DNA from: Takakia lepidozioides
Taxonomy: Eukaryota; Plantae; Bryophyta
Length of the DNA stretch: 64,000 nucleotides
Direction of reading: 5' to 3'
Assembly: GCA_030704615.1 (NCBI GenBank)
Contig: CM060733.1
Coordinates: 56,978,001-57,042,000, forward strand
Under the pieces are notes generated by a model, which had not been told where the DNA came from, searched no databases, and saw nothing but the letters and a program-made list of their open reading frames with translations. This document shows positions 12,581-24,647 of the stretch, one piece after another. A program made the position numbers and the translations under genes. How positions within the stretch are numbered: the stretch's first letter is position 1; every line of letters starts with the position of its first letter.

Positions 12581-13354
12581 CAAGGTTTTCCGGAGGTGGG
12601 CTCAATTCTGTAACTCTTCTGACCTTCTGTCAGTGGATTATATTGCAGGCAGTCCACCTCACGTGAGAGTTTCAGAATATGGTTGTGCTGTGAGCCTTGA
12701 GGGTTGATAGAAAGATGATTTAGTGTATCAAATTAACATGGGATAGGCAGAAGCAGGACGAAAATAGTCCAAGCAAGCCATGTCAATGATATCCCCATGT
12801 GACTGGTGGTTAGGGTTCCAAGTGTGTTGAGGGGGCAAGTGTGGGTGGGATGGCAACCACCTTACTGGACAGGTTTCTGTATAGGAGCATTGCAGCTGGA
12901 GGAGCATAATATGGCCCAAAAATCATAAAGATTGTAGTCCCGCAAGGACAGGACACACTTAAAATCCATAGTAGATTGGTAGATCATGCAATGAGGTTGA
13001 TTATTTCTCTTGCTGCCTTCACACGACTTAACGACGGAATGTGGACCATTTGTACCTGAATGTGGATACTCCCCAGATTCTGATAGTATCTGAAGTTGTG
13101 CTTCAGAACTTCGAACTTTCCTCATCAGCAGAGCGTTATATTTCAGATCCAGAGCATCCTTCTACATGCAGACATGTTAGTGTTGAACATATCCAGAGTA
13201 AGCTTAAAGCAATATTTAATGTTTTGGACACAGTGAAGTTCAAGAGGTACTTTCTTTTGGGTTGATTCAACCTTTTGAATAATGTGACTAAGCTGTTTGC
13301 AAAGAAACATTAAAGAGTTTACAATACATAAAAGTGACATCATTTATTTTATCC

Positions 13355-13700
13355 TACATGCGAAATCTCCAAGTTGAGAGTTTCACAATTTCTCCCAAAA
13401 ACCCAACGATGGAGAACCTCCCCAAATTTCTCGCCCAGTTCCAAAACCTCCAGGTGGAGATGTTCTGAATTTCTCCAAAATCCAGGGTGGAGAGTTTCTC
13501 TACTTCTCCAAATTCATGGATGGAGAACCTCCCATATCTCTCCACCTCGGTGGAGATTCTCCACCTCCGGATTTTGAAGAATAATCCACATTCTCCACCT
13601 GGAGAAATTTCAGATTCTCTCACTTAGTGTAAATCTCCTGGAGATTTATGTGGATTTCTGTTCACAATCTCCGGGTGGAGAAACTTCAAAACCTCCTTGT
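13355..13700. repeat. Cluster of TCTCC(A)/(GT)GGAGA motifs in both orientations, probably TE subterminal DNA
   Basis: Many TCTCCA and TGGAGA motifs within 350 bp; ORFs here are low-complexity. Confidence 0.5.
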
Positions 13701-13997
13701 GAAAGACCATCTCGGTTGGAGCCACGGTCTGGATCTTTCAGGTATGACTCTGAACTTCACGGCTCATTTGTTGATTATCCAAAGTAAGATTTTGCAAGGT
13801 ACTAGTCTGAACGCTTGTACTTTATTCTCAAGGACAGGTCACCTGCAAGTATAGATGGGTATAGTACTTAAGAATATAGCATGTTCCATATTACTATTCG
13901 TAATGTTTACCCTACTTTTTGAACTCCCAGACTATTTTAGGAAGTACGACACAATATTGTTATTGTGCCACTGTCTAGATCCCGTATGATCAACCTT

Positions 13998-14350
13998 GGG
14001 CAGAAGAACAGCAGGTCTGGGCATGGGGAACTAGTATTCGCTGCGGACGGTTGGGAGATTCCGATTCTGGTAAGAGCCATGATCAGTACCCACAGTCAAT
14101 TCGGGAGAACATGTGAGGAATAACTCATCAGCATGACCCTTTGTGGCAATCAAATTGAGGGCCTCGCCATTGAAGTCATTGTAATCACCTTTATCCGGCC
14201 ACTTCATAATGTATGATCTGCAAGTTCCTGTGAGGAAGTGGCGGGTGGTCTCTAAGTAAGAAGGTTGTTGGCTAGGACTTCTACATCAGGGCCATCAGAG
14301 GCAGCAACAGTGTTTGCATTTGGATCAAGTAAACGAGGTCAGCTCGGTAC
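13998..14350 (+). pseudogene. RCC1-repeat gene fragment(s)
   Basis: QQVWAWGTSIRCGRLG (~14008-14056) and TVFAFGSSKRGQLG (~14307-14348) fit the RCC1 VxxWG..G(Q/R)LG consensus. Confidence 0.45.
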
Positions 14351-14906
14351 TCCTTGGGAGAGAAGTTGAGATTGTGACCAATCATAGGTTTAGTTGCTGC
14401 AAAGGGGACCTTTTTCTTATGTTAAACAAAGCTAACTAACTGTAACTTATGCTTGTAGAAGTCCAAAGGGAAGGGCAACACTCCCCAAACCCCAAAGTGG
14501 AGGAGTATCCCAGAGTAAGTTCCCATGGAAAAGTCGAGGTTGCAGGGAGACCTTTGACTAGGAAATTGGATTGGTGTGATCATATCAGTGCTTGAACTGT
14601 GTTTCAGCATTTACAAAGTAATTTCTCTAAACAGGTGTGCCGCAATAAGATTTCCCTTCCACAATTGCATCAACTTATGCTTTTTCTCTAGATGGTCTTG
14701 GCTTCTTTGTAGTCATGGACTGTGTACGCTTCATAATGTGTTTCAATACAGTTTTTCAATGCACTATTGTAAGTGGTTTCGGATTTTCACAAGTGCATGG
14801 GCTTGGGTTGGTGGGGATCAGACACCAGGGTTGAATTCATATAATTTCCGAATACATTATGGGCTCATTATGGGTCTCCTATTAGCAGACCAACCTATAG
14901 CAAATG

Positions 14907-16075
14907 TGTTGTCAAGACATATGGCTACAACAGCGCTCAACAACCCATCGCCTTTTTGTCTGACTTCAAGTTGGGACATAACAAGTTCCTCTATTATCTT
15001 TCTAATAGTTCCGTCCCACTGAACAGACTCAATCAAATCTCAACTGCGCATAGTACTGGAAACTGTCCAGTCCGCCCAACCACCACACCATGTATCTATA
15101 ATCAAATCTATCATCAACCAATCGATCAATCAATCCTAGCAATGTATCAATCTATCGATCTATCTCAAAATCTGTCTATCAATCCTCAAGTTTTTCTACT
15201 CTGAAACTCCTCCTCCTTATATAGGGGGTCCGGATGCTCCTTCAGTGCAACATGCAGTACCCATAAATATCCACCCACATATATATCAATCTGAAAAAAG
15301 AGTCCAACGGAGGGTTAACACCGCCCCTTCCATCTATATCAATATCAATACCAATATAGTATCACGGTGGAATATATCATCTTGGTTACCTTAAACAGTG
15401 CTTAACCAATTAAGATATACGGGGAAAACATCATGTATTTTCCATGAAGGAGGTAAATCTAATTTGTATGCCGCTGATCCGTATTTCTCCAAAATGGGGA
15501 AGGGACCACAATATCTAGGGGAGAGTTTCCAACATTTTCCTAGCTTAAAATGACTTCTCTGTGGTGACAATTTCAAGAATACCGTATCGCCAACCTCAAA
15601 TTCACAATAAGATCTGTTCTTATCGGCATAATACTTAGTACGATCCTAAACATTTTGCATACATTGTTTAATCGAGTTTAATTGTGTATTCATCTTGGTT
15701 ACCATCTCATTCACAATCTGCACTTTGGATCGAGGTGAAGATAGTGTAACCAGAGACAAGCAATCTTTTCCATACTGCGGCAAAAGGACTCATCCCAATA
15801 GTACTATGAGGCTTGTCATTGTAAGCAAACTCTAACATATAGACGTACTCTTCCCAGGAACTCTGTCTTTTCCCAACGTAGGTCCTCAACATAGATTCTA
15901 AGGTTTGATTAGTCCTTTCCGTTTGGGCATCAGTCTTTGGATGATAAGAAGTACTCAACTTAAGCTTAGTACCCAATATCCAAAACAAAGACCTCCAAAA
16001 ATGACTAACAAATTTTCGATCTCTATCACAGATGATCTCTCGCGGTAATCCATGCAATCTATAAATCTCCTTCAT
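14907..16075 (-). mobile_element. Ty3/gypsy 3' fragment (integrase C-terminus, PPT, probable LTR)
   Basis: KEIYRLHGLPREIICDRD..STSYHPKTDAQTER..EFAYN and KLSPRYCGPFPIL..AYKLDLP. Minus-strand PPT GAAGGGGCGG (15330-15321), then TGTTAAC. The left LTR boundary is tentative. Confidence 0.8.
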
Positions 16076-16077
16076 GA

Positions 16078-18380
16078 AAAAGGGAGTCTGAGGTTGTGTG
16101 TTGATTATAGGTGGTTGAACAAGTTCACCATCAAGAATATTCGGTGGTCAGAACTGCTTCAACGGTTTCATTATGACCTGAAATATGTCAAGGGAAGAGA
16201 GAACATGATTGCAGATGCACTTTCTAGGAGACCATTACAAGCTAATGTTGTCTCATGCATCAGTAGCACTATATTCCAGGACATTAAAGGTCGGTATGAA
16301 ATTGATGGACTCTTCAAAGAACCATTTAAGAGTTTGTCTCGTGACCAGAGGACTTCCATTGAGAAGGAGAAATATCGGCCGTACCTCTTGAGAGATGAAA
16401 TGTTATTCTATAATGGTCGGCTATGTGTTCCCCTGATCCTAGACCTGAGATTGCGGATCATTCATGATAGTCATAATGTTTCAATCTCCGGACATCCGGG
16501 CTTTCAGAGAACCTATTGGTCAATACGGAAGCACTACTTTTGGCCGGGTGTGAAGAGAGAAATCAAAGAGTATGTGCAGAAATGTTTCCCCTGTCAGGTT
16601 TCGAAGTCAGAAAGAGTCAGACCTCCTGGATTATTACAACCTTTATCTGTTCTTGGATGGAATTGGGAATCCATTAGCATAGATTTCATTGTGGTTTTGC
16701 CCCGGACCAGAAATGGCCATGACAGTATCATGGTGGTTGTAGATAGGCTGTTTAAGATAGCCCATTTGATACCTACAAGGATGAGTGCTTCAGCATCGGA
16801 TATTGCATCCTTGTACATGAAAGAGATATTCAAGATTCATGGTCTGCCTCGTGAGATTATTTGTGACAGGGATTCAAAGTTTACAAGTCAATTTTGGACT
16901 GACTTGTTCAAGAAATTGGGAACCAAGGTGAGACTAACTACAGCCTTTCACCCAGAAACAGATGCTCAGACAGAAAGAACCAACCGCACAATAGAGGATA
17001 TGTTGAGAATGTACGTTGGTGAGAGACAATCCTCTTGGGAAGAGTTTCTGTACTTAGTGGAATTTGCCTATAACACGCATTTCCACAGTGCCATTGGCAT
17101 GAGTCCAGTCGAAGCTTTATATGGACGAGATTGCTTAGCTTCTGCTTTGCTTATTGCACCACCATCAAATGTGCAAAGTGTGAATGACAGAATCAGAGAG
17201 ATCCACTCTGTCCTAGATCTGGTGAAGCGTAGTATGCAGGCTGCATAAGAATGGGCCAAGTTCTTTGCTGACAAGCACAAGACTTTTTGTGAATTTGTTG
17301 TGGATGATATGGTGTTCTTAAATGTTACATCTAAGATAGAAGCAATCTAACACTTGGCAGGTGTTACAAGCTATCACCAAGGTTTTGTGGCCCATCAAAA
17401 TTCTAAAACGCCATGGTACAGTGGCCTATGAGTTAGATCTGCCTCCAACGTGGAAAATTCAGAAAACTTTCCATGTCAGCCTTCTCCGGAAGTATATGTC
17501 AAACTCATCGCACATCTTGCCCACATTTCCTCAACCTATGAATTATGGTCAGCTGATGGCTAAACCCAAAAAGATTCTAGAAACGCTAGTGAAGCACCTG
17601 CGCAACCGTTCTTGGAAAGAATACTTAATTAAGTGGTTGCATTACCCAGAGACAGAGGCTACTTGGGAAAAAGAGAATGAACTAACATTGAATTACCCCT
17701 CATTTTCTGTCATTGAGGACAATGACCTGCCTTTGGGAGGGGGAGCTTGTTAGGTGCCTATGGAGCCCCAGCGGACCAGCCCATCAGAGAAGAATGTAAC
17801 CGCTGAACCTTGGGGGCTGATCTTTACGGACACCTGCAGGTGACAAGAACTAGACAAGCTGGTGGTTTCAAGAAGCTAGGGATTCCTGAAGAAAAGCAGA
17901 CCTGAATTGAGGAGAATGACATATGATTTGAAGAGAGGGCCTGAGATCTGAATAGGATGTGTGATATATGCATAGAGGAGATGAGAACATAGCATGGTGT
18001 GGCGGTTGGGTGGACCGGAGGAGTAATCCGGTACTGTGCTGTCAGGAATAGATAAGGTAGAGATGAGCGGTAGGGTTTCTAGTTGACTGAATTCAGAACG
18101 TGATGCCTTCTCTACCTAGAGTGTACAGGCTGTGAATAGAGTTCTAGTCAGGTTATACTGAGTTTGAAATGACTGGAATCCCTATGATAGTGAGCAGAGG
18201 AGTGCGTTGATTTTTCCCTGATGAATATAATCAAGGGGACCGCTCCTTCCTTTGAGCTTTTGGAATGAGATCAACTGCATGTGGCTTCATGTTATAGAAT
18301 TGAGAACTGGTTGGATGGAACTGGTGCTGTTGTTGAGGACTAGGAAGAATGTGTAGAAGTGCTACGGTTGAAATAAAGAC
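16078..18380 (+). mobile_element. Ty3/gypsy chromovirus fragment with internal RT-RNase H deletion, integrase, chromodomain, PPT and partial 3' LTR
   Basis: SLRLCVDYRWLNK (RT start) is joined directly to RWSELLQ..ENMIADALSR (RNase H end). Then GHPG..CFPCQ HHCC, SIDFI, CDRD, HPETDAQTER, and chromodomain YLIKWLHYPETEATWE. PPT GGGAGGGGGAG (17735-17745), then TGTTAGG at 17748. The right boundary is approximate. Confidence 0.9.
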
Positions 18381-18389
18381 AAGGTGTTG

Positions 18390-18671
18390 ATAGAGGTGCA
18401 GGTAGACAATCCGCGCAATCTGATCAAGGTGTTGATGCATTGTGAAGACATACTGCTACCCCAAGCGGCGTGGAGAGCCGTGGACGTGGTGAACTCGTAC
18501 GCTCGCGTCGCGGAACCTTGGGCCCATGTTGTGCGCAGCTATGTGGAAGGTGTGAAGGAGCTCATGTCTGGCAATCTTCATTGGCACAGCCTGGACAAGC
18601 GCTACAGGAATCCCGACTCAGTTTTCCGAGAGCTCAGGGCCATCACCAACTACAAGACATTTAGAACCTGA
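18390..18671 (+). pseudogene. C-terminal fragment of a microbial-type terpene synthase-like (MTPSL) gene
   Basis: NPRNLIKVLM..LLPQAA..V..V..SYVEGVKELMSGNLHWHSLDKRY has the NLxxVL segment and WxxxxxRY motif of class I microbial terpene synthases. The DDxxD and NSE motifs are missing (5' truncated). Confidence 0.65.
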
Positions 18672-19559
18672 TCAGCTGCACTGCATCAACTTCAAAGTAT
18701 TATACACAACATATATATATAGGTATATTGGATAAAGCCCGGATAATCAGATCAGTGTCCATGTTTAATGTAATGTGAATTTTGTTACTTATAGCAACGT
18801 TTGTCTACATGTATTATAAAATCTTCTTATAAAATCTTCTGTAAGGTTTTGGAATCCCCACATGCTGCGTTTGATCTGCCATCTCATGTTTTGGCAAAGG
18901 AAGAGAGAAAGAAAATGGAGAAAGCGGAGAGGAGCTAATCGGACAAATTGGACTAGGAAATGATAAGCCATTGTCAGTTTTGGATCAGTTTTCAAGCGGC
19001 ATGTCTGAATCTTTGGGAATTTGTTTGCAATTCTGCCTTTCAAAGCCCAATTTGGTACGATCCCTTTGCTCTTCCTGCTTGTGCCACTCCTCAGACGGGT
19101 TCAGAAAATTCTCATGAAATTATATTGAGCTAAGATCATCATGGGGGAGTTCTTGCTGGAGGGGTGACAAGAGAGGGAGAGCATCAACCTTTCCTTGTAG
19201 AATTTTAGTTCACCTATCTTGGTGTGACATTTGGGAGAATCATTTTCAGCACAATTTTAACTTATATCATTGGTCGAGGAACCGTTAGTGACATCTTCAA
19301 AGTCTCCATCTATCCATTCTTGTCTCCACTTTCTGCAGTTGGGCTCCTCACAATCTACTATCGATTCAATCCAAACAAACTTCATGACTGTAAATGTTTA
19401 GAAGATATATTCATTTTCCAAAACATGTTAATGTGTACACGAAGACATTGAACACAATGGCTAGAACTTCTTTGATGAGATCACTGCTAACTTTGCTCTT
19501 GTCCAGATTAGGCATCCTTCGTTCCTGTTATGAACCCACTCTAGCCACCCTATAGGCAT

Positions 19560-19938
19560 TATTGGACGTTTATAGTACAGCTTATAGTTAAACACTACAT
19601 TACGTTTAGTATAGCTTGTAGTTAAATACTTCATTACGTTTAGTGACAAGTTACTATTCATTTGTGCTACTACTTAGTGTCTTCTTTGATTGGTTTCGAT
19701 GCTTCTTGATTCTTACGTTAGGTGTTCCTGCTTGGTAGTCTCTGCAGGGTTTTGATATTCATGCCTGGTAGTCTCTGCTAGGTTTTGATGTTCATGTGGT
19801 TTGATTGTCTACTACTGCACGATGACAGTTGATTAGTATTAAACATCTGATAAAGGACTCTGCAGTAAATGTTTTGCTAACATTGTAGACAGTTTCCTTG
19901 AATGCTCTTGATTGATAGCACGTTCTAGAAATTCAAAA
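19560..19938 (+). repeat. 5' LTR of copia element
   Basis: Direct repeat of 24277-24647, with 7 substitutions and 2 indels counted by eye. Confidence 0.95.
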
Positions 19939-20040
19939 GGAGTGAACTAGAAATTTAGTGTCAAGTTTGTTGCTACTGTGCGTACATGTAGTGTGTCAGC
20001 ATTCGTCTCAGTTTTAGCATTGTTTTTGAACGGAAGATCG

Positions 20041-23000
20041 ATGGATCTTTCATGAGAGTTGAACAATATTGAGCGGTACTGTGGTGATGATTTTCACCTC
20101 TGGAAAATGCAAATGCGGGCTATATTTGTGGCCAAGGATCTAATTGAAATCGTCGAAGATGAAGAAACCAAAGAGGCCAGTGATGACAAGCGGGCATGGC
20201 GGAAGCGTGATAGTATTGTTGTCAGCCTCATCTATCAGTCGATTGAACGGAAATACTTACGGCAACTACAAGGTTGTGAAACCTCTGCTGAGATCTGGGA
20301 GCGCTTAAAGATTAACCATGAGCATAAGGCATCCGATATGTTCAGTCTCTTCAGACAAAGTTCTTCCTATCGAAATTATCAGAGGGACAAGATATTGCTT
20401 CTCATATTGGAGAGCTGGAGTCTATCATCCGTCGTCTTAAAGACCTTGGAGATCCCGGATTCAGTGAGAGTCAGTTAATGACCAAGCTTATCAGCAACCT
20501 GCCTAGGAATTATCGACATCTCAAGACTGCTTGGGATAGTGTACCGGATGAGAAAAAACCTCTTGAGATGCTCACACTGCGCATCCTCAAGGAGGAAACA
20601 AGTCACAAAGAAGATGAAATAGAACTACACGCTTTCTATGCTCACAAGAATAGTGGAAGTGGTGGGAGTGCCGGACAATCTGGAAGCAGTGGGAGTAGCA
20701 GACAGTTTGGAAGCGGTGGGAGTGCCGGACAATCTAGAAGCAGTGGGAGTGCCAGACAGTTTGGAAGTAGTGTGAGTGTTGCAAAACCATATCTCACACC
20801 CGAACAGAAAGAGCAACGACGACTTCACATTGAAAGTCTTAAGCAAAAGACACGTTGCGGAAACTGTGGTGAAGTCGGTCACTGGCACCGTGAATGCAAG
20901 CAGCCTAACAAAGAACAGGCTCCCAAACCTGAATCATCGAAACATCATGCGTTTATGGCTCACCTGAGCACGGAGACCTCTAACGATCCTACAAACGTTT
21001 GGTTCGCTGATAGTGCTTGTTCACAACACATGACAGATAAGAGACACTGGTTTAAGAATCTAAAACCGATAGATGGACCAGGATGGAGAGTTCATGCAAT
21101 CAAAGATATCTCTACTGTTGTTGTGGCTCACGGTGACATTGATGTACGCATGTTTATAAATAATGAGTGGCACACGGGAGTTCTGCATGACGTGCTTTAT
21201 GTTCCAGATTTGCGGAGAAATCTATTTTCCTTTGCTTCAGCCGCGCAGAAAGGTATCATTTACACAGCAGACAAACATGGTTGCACTCTTAGTCATCTTG
21301 GAGAAATCATCATGACTGGATTACTTACTGCAGAGCACATGTATGAATTGCAAATGGAGGTTACTGTGAATCCATCGACAACATTAATTGCTAACACCAT
21401 TGGTGTTCCTACGAAGGTGGACAGTACCCAAAGTATCACTACGTGGCACAACAGACTGGCTCATCTCAATCATGCAATGATTAAGGAGATGGAGTCTAAC
21501 AAATTGGTTGACGGCCTCATCATTTCTGGTGAGAGAGACAAAGAATTCTGCACTGGCTGTATACTTGGCAAAAGTCATCGTTCACCATTCCCTGTGAATC
21601 CTATTCGTGACAAAGCCACGACACCGGGATTCTTGGTTCACATGGACATATGTGGTCCATTTCCTCTTTCCCTAGGAGGTATGAGATACTTCATACTTTT
21701 CAAGGATGATTGCTCCGGATACCGTATCCTCTATTGCATGAAGTCTCGCGATGAAGCGCTTCTTTGTTTTAAGCGTATGTTTCATACCACAAAGAGAGAG
21801 ACGGGTAATTCTATCAGTATTCTCAGGACTGATCGTGCACGATAATTTCTCAGTGAAGAGTTCAAGAAGTTTATGAATGATGAAGGGATTCACCATGAAT
21901 TAACCACAACATATACACCCGAACAAAACTCAGTGGCAGAACGTGACAATCCGACCATCGTCGAGAGTGTTCGAAGTATGTTACATTTTAGTGGCATGCC
22001 AATTAAATTCTGGGGTGAAGCTGCCTATACTGCAGCATATGTTCTCAATCGCTCGGCGACACGTATGATCAACAATGCTACACCGTTTCAGATTTGGACG
22101 GGCACCAAGCCATCTATTGCTCACTTGAAGATATTTGGCTGTGAAGGCTATGTTCATATTCCAAAGGAATTAAGAACCAAGCTCCAACCTAAAAGTAAGT
22201 CCAGTGTCTTTTGTGGCTATGATGATTCATCGAAGGGATATCGTTTTTGGGATAGAGGTACCCAACGTGTTATTGTCAGCAGAGATGTGATCTTCCGTGA
22301 AGACTCTTTTCCGTTTCTGAGCAATCCTCCATCTGAAACCTCTGCATCATGCGTCACTTTGTCTATACCTGCTGACATTGAAACAGTGGAAGCTCTTACT
22401 TCCGATTCTTTGCCAGAAAGTGACAATGCGGACATCTCCACAGCTATGGATTCATGGGCTATGGCTTCCAGTCCTGAGACCTCACATTCTGGTAGCCCTG
22501 AGATTCAACTTGATGTGATCATACCGATTTGTTCGGAGACTCCTCCAATGATATTGTCACCACCTCGCCCTATGGAGTTCATTTTACCTGCGGGTGTTCT
22601 ACCAGAAGGCACAGTTCGCTCTCGGCAATTTCCAATACATTATGGAGATTGTCTCTCATGCCTGTACAACAACTATGGATAATTCTCCTACTGTTGAGCC
22701 TGTCGATTATTATCAGGCTATTGATTCCCCACAACAAGCTGAGTGGTTACATGCTATGAGGGAGGAATACACATCCCTTATGGAAAATCAGACGTGGTCT
22801 CTTACTCCATTGCCTCATAATCGGAAGACAGTAAAATGCAAATGGATATTTAAGATCAAGTATAACTTAGATAGAAGCATTAAGAGGTTCAAGGCTCGTT
22901 TGGTGGCCAAGGGATTCACACAGAAACCTGGTATTGATTTTACTGAAACTTTCGCACCTGTTGCTAAATTTGACAGCATCCGAACCATACTTTCCATTGT

Positions 23001-24258
23001 GGCAGCAGATGATATGGAGCTTGAGCAGTTTGATGTCAAGACAGCGTTTCTTTATGGAGAATTAGCTGAAGAGATTTTTATGGATCAACCCCTCGGGTTT
23101 GCAGTGGAGGTTCAACCACCGCAAGTATGCAGACTTCACAAGTCTTTGTATGGGCTTCGCCAGGCCTCTCGAGCATGGAATGACAAATTTGACTCTCTGC
23201 TCACGAAGTTCTTAAAAGATCTGCTGCTGATCCTTGCGTTTATGTTTCCATGAATTGTCCGCGTCTCATTCTCATCATCTTTGTTGATGATGGTTTGATC
23301 TGTTCTACCGACACGAATCGCATTCAAGGGATTCTCAGCTTTATGCAAGAGGCCTTCATCCTGAAAACAGGTGCGCCCGAATGCTACATTAGTCTTCGCA
23401 TTCGGAGAAATCGCTCCCAAAAGACACTCTCTCTCGACAAGGAAATTTATCTACAGCGTATTCTAAAGCGCTATGGTTTTCAAGATGCTCATCCTGTTCG
23501 ATCCCTATCGACCCAAATGCGTTGCTTTCCAAAGGCACTGATTCTCTTCACACAGATTTCCCTTATAAAGAGATTTTGGGCAGCCTCCAATTTGCCAGTA
23601 TTGGGACTCGTCCTGATATTACATTCGCTGTCAGTAATGTAGCCAAGTTTTCAGACCGTCCAACATTGCTCATTGTCAGGCCGTCAAACGGATTCTCAAA
23701 TATCTGCAGGGTACCATTTCATATGGTCTATTCTTTGGGGAAAGTTCTGATCCTCACAGGTTGGTGACCTATTGTGATGCCGATTTTGCTGCTGACATTG
23801 ATGACAGAAAGTCTCGATTTGGTTTTGTTTTGCTTCTTAACCAATGCCCAGTGGCATGGGGCTCACACAAGCAATCGTGCACTGCTGGTAGTACTACCGA
23901 GGCAGAATATGTCGCTGCATGCACAGCATCAAAGGAAACTATATGGTTAAGGAGACTTCTGTTTGATTTGGGATATCCACAAATTGATCCAACTGCTTTG
24001 CACAGTGATAATCAGGCAGCAATTCGTCTGGTACATAATCCAGAATTCCATCGGCGGACAAAGCATATTGACCTGCAGTACCACACGAATACCAGTCCAA
24101 TTGGTGAAATTTTGATTTCATACGTTTCTACTCACGATCAGCTGGCTGATGTGTTTACGAAAGGCCTTACTCCGGACAAGTTCAATCGCATGCGCACTTT
24201 GCTAAACTGTCTTGCAGTGCACTCAGCTGCAGTTGAAGTGGGAGAATGTAGTGTTTGA
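20041..24258 (+). pseudogene. Copia gag-pol polyprotein, disrupted
   Basis: FHLWKMQM gag; CGNCGEVGHWHREC knuckle; WFADSACSQHM protease; WHNRLAH..C..C, HMDICGP, RTDR, PEQNSVAER integrase; KARLVAKGF, FDVKTAFL, FVDD RT; YCDADFA..STTEAEY..KHID..LADVFTK RNase H. Confidence 0.95.
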
Positions 24259-24276
24259 ACTCCAGCTGAGTGGAAG

Positions 24277-24647
24277 TATTGGACGTTTACAGTATAGTTT
24301 ATAGTTAAACACTACATTACGTTTAGTATAGCTTGTAGTTAAATACTTCATTACGTTTAGTGACTATTCATTTGTGCTACTACTTGGTGTTTCTTTGATT
24401 GGTTTCGATGCTTCTTGATTCTTACGTTAGGTGTTCATGCTTGGTAGTCTCTGCAGGGTTTTGATATTCATGCCTGGTAGTCTCTGCTAGGTTTTGATGT
24501 TCATGTAGTTTGATTGTCTACTACTGCACGATGACAGTTGATTAGTATTAAACATCTGATAAAGGACTCTGCAGTAAATGTTTTGCTAACATTGTAGACA
24601 GTTTCCTTGAATGCTCTTCATTGATAGCACGTTCTAGAAATTCAAAA
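24277..24647 (+). repeat. 3' LTR of copia element
   Basis: Direct repeat of 19560-19938, followed by TSD GGCAT. Confidence 0.95.

Larger units (their letters stand above)
19560..24647 (+). mobile_element. Full-length Ty1/copia LTR retrotransposon (frameshifted)
   Basis: Paired LTRs at 19560-19938 and 24277-24647; 5-bp TSD GGCAT (19555-19559, 24648-24652); gag-PR-INT-RT-RNaseH order; purine tract before the 3' LTR. Confidence 0.97.
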
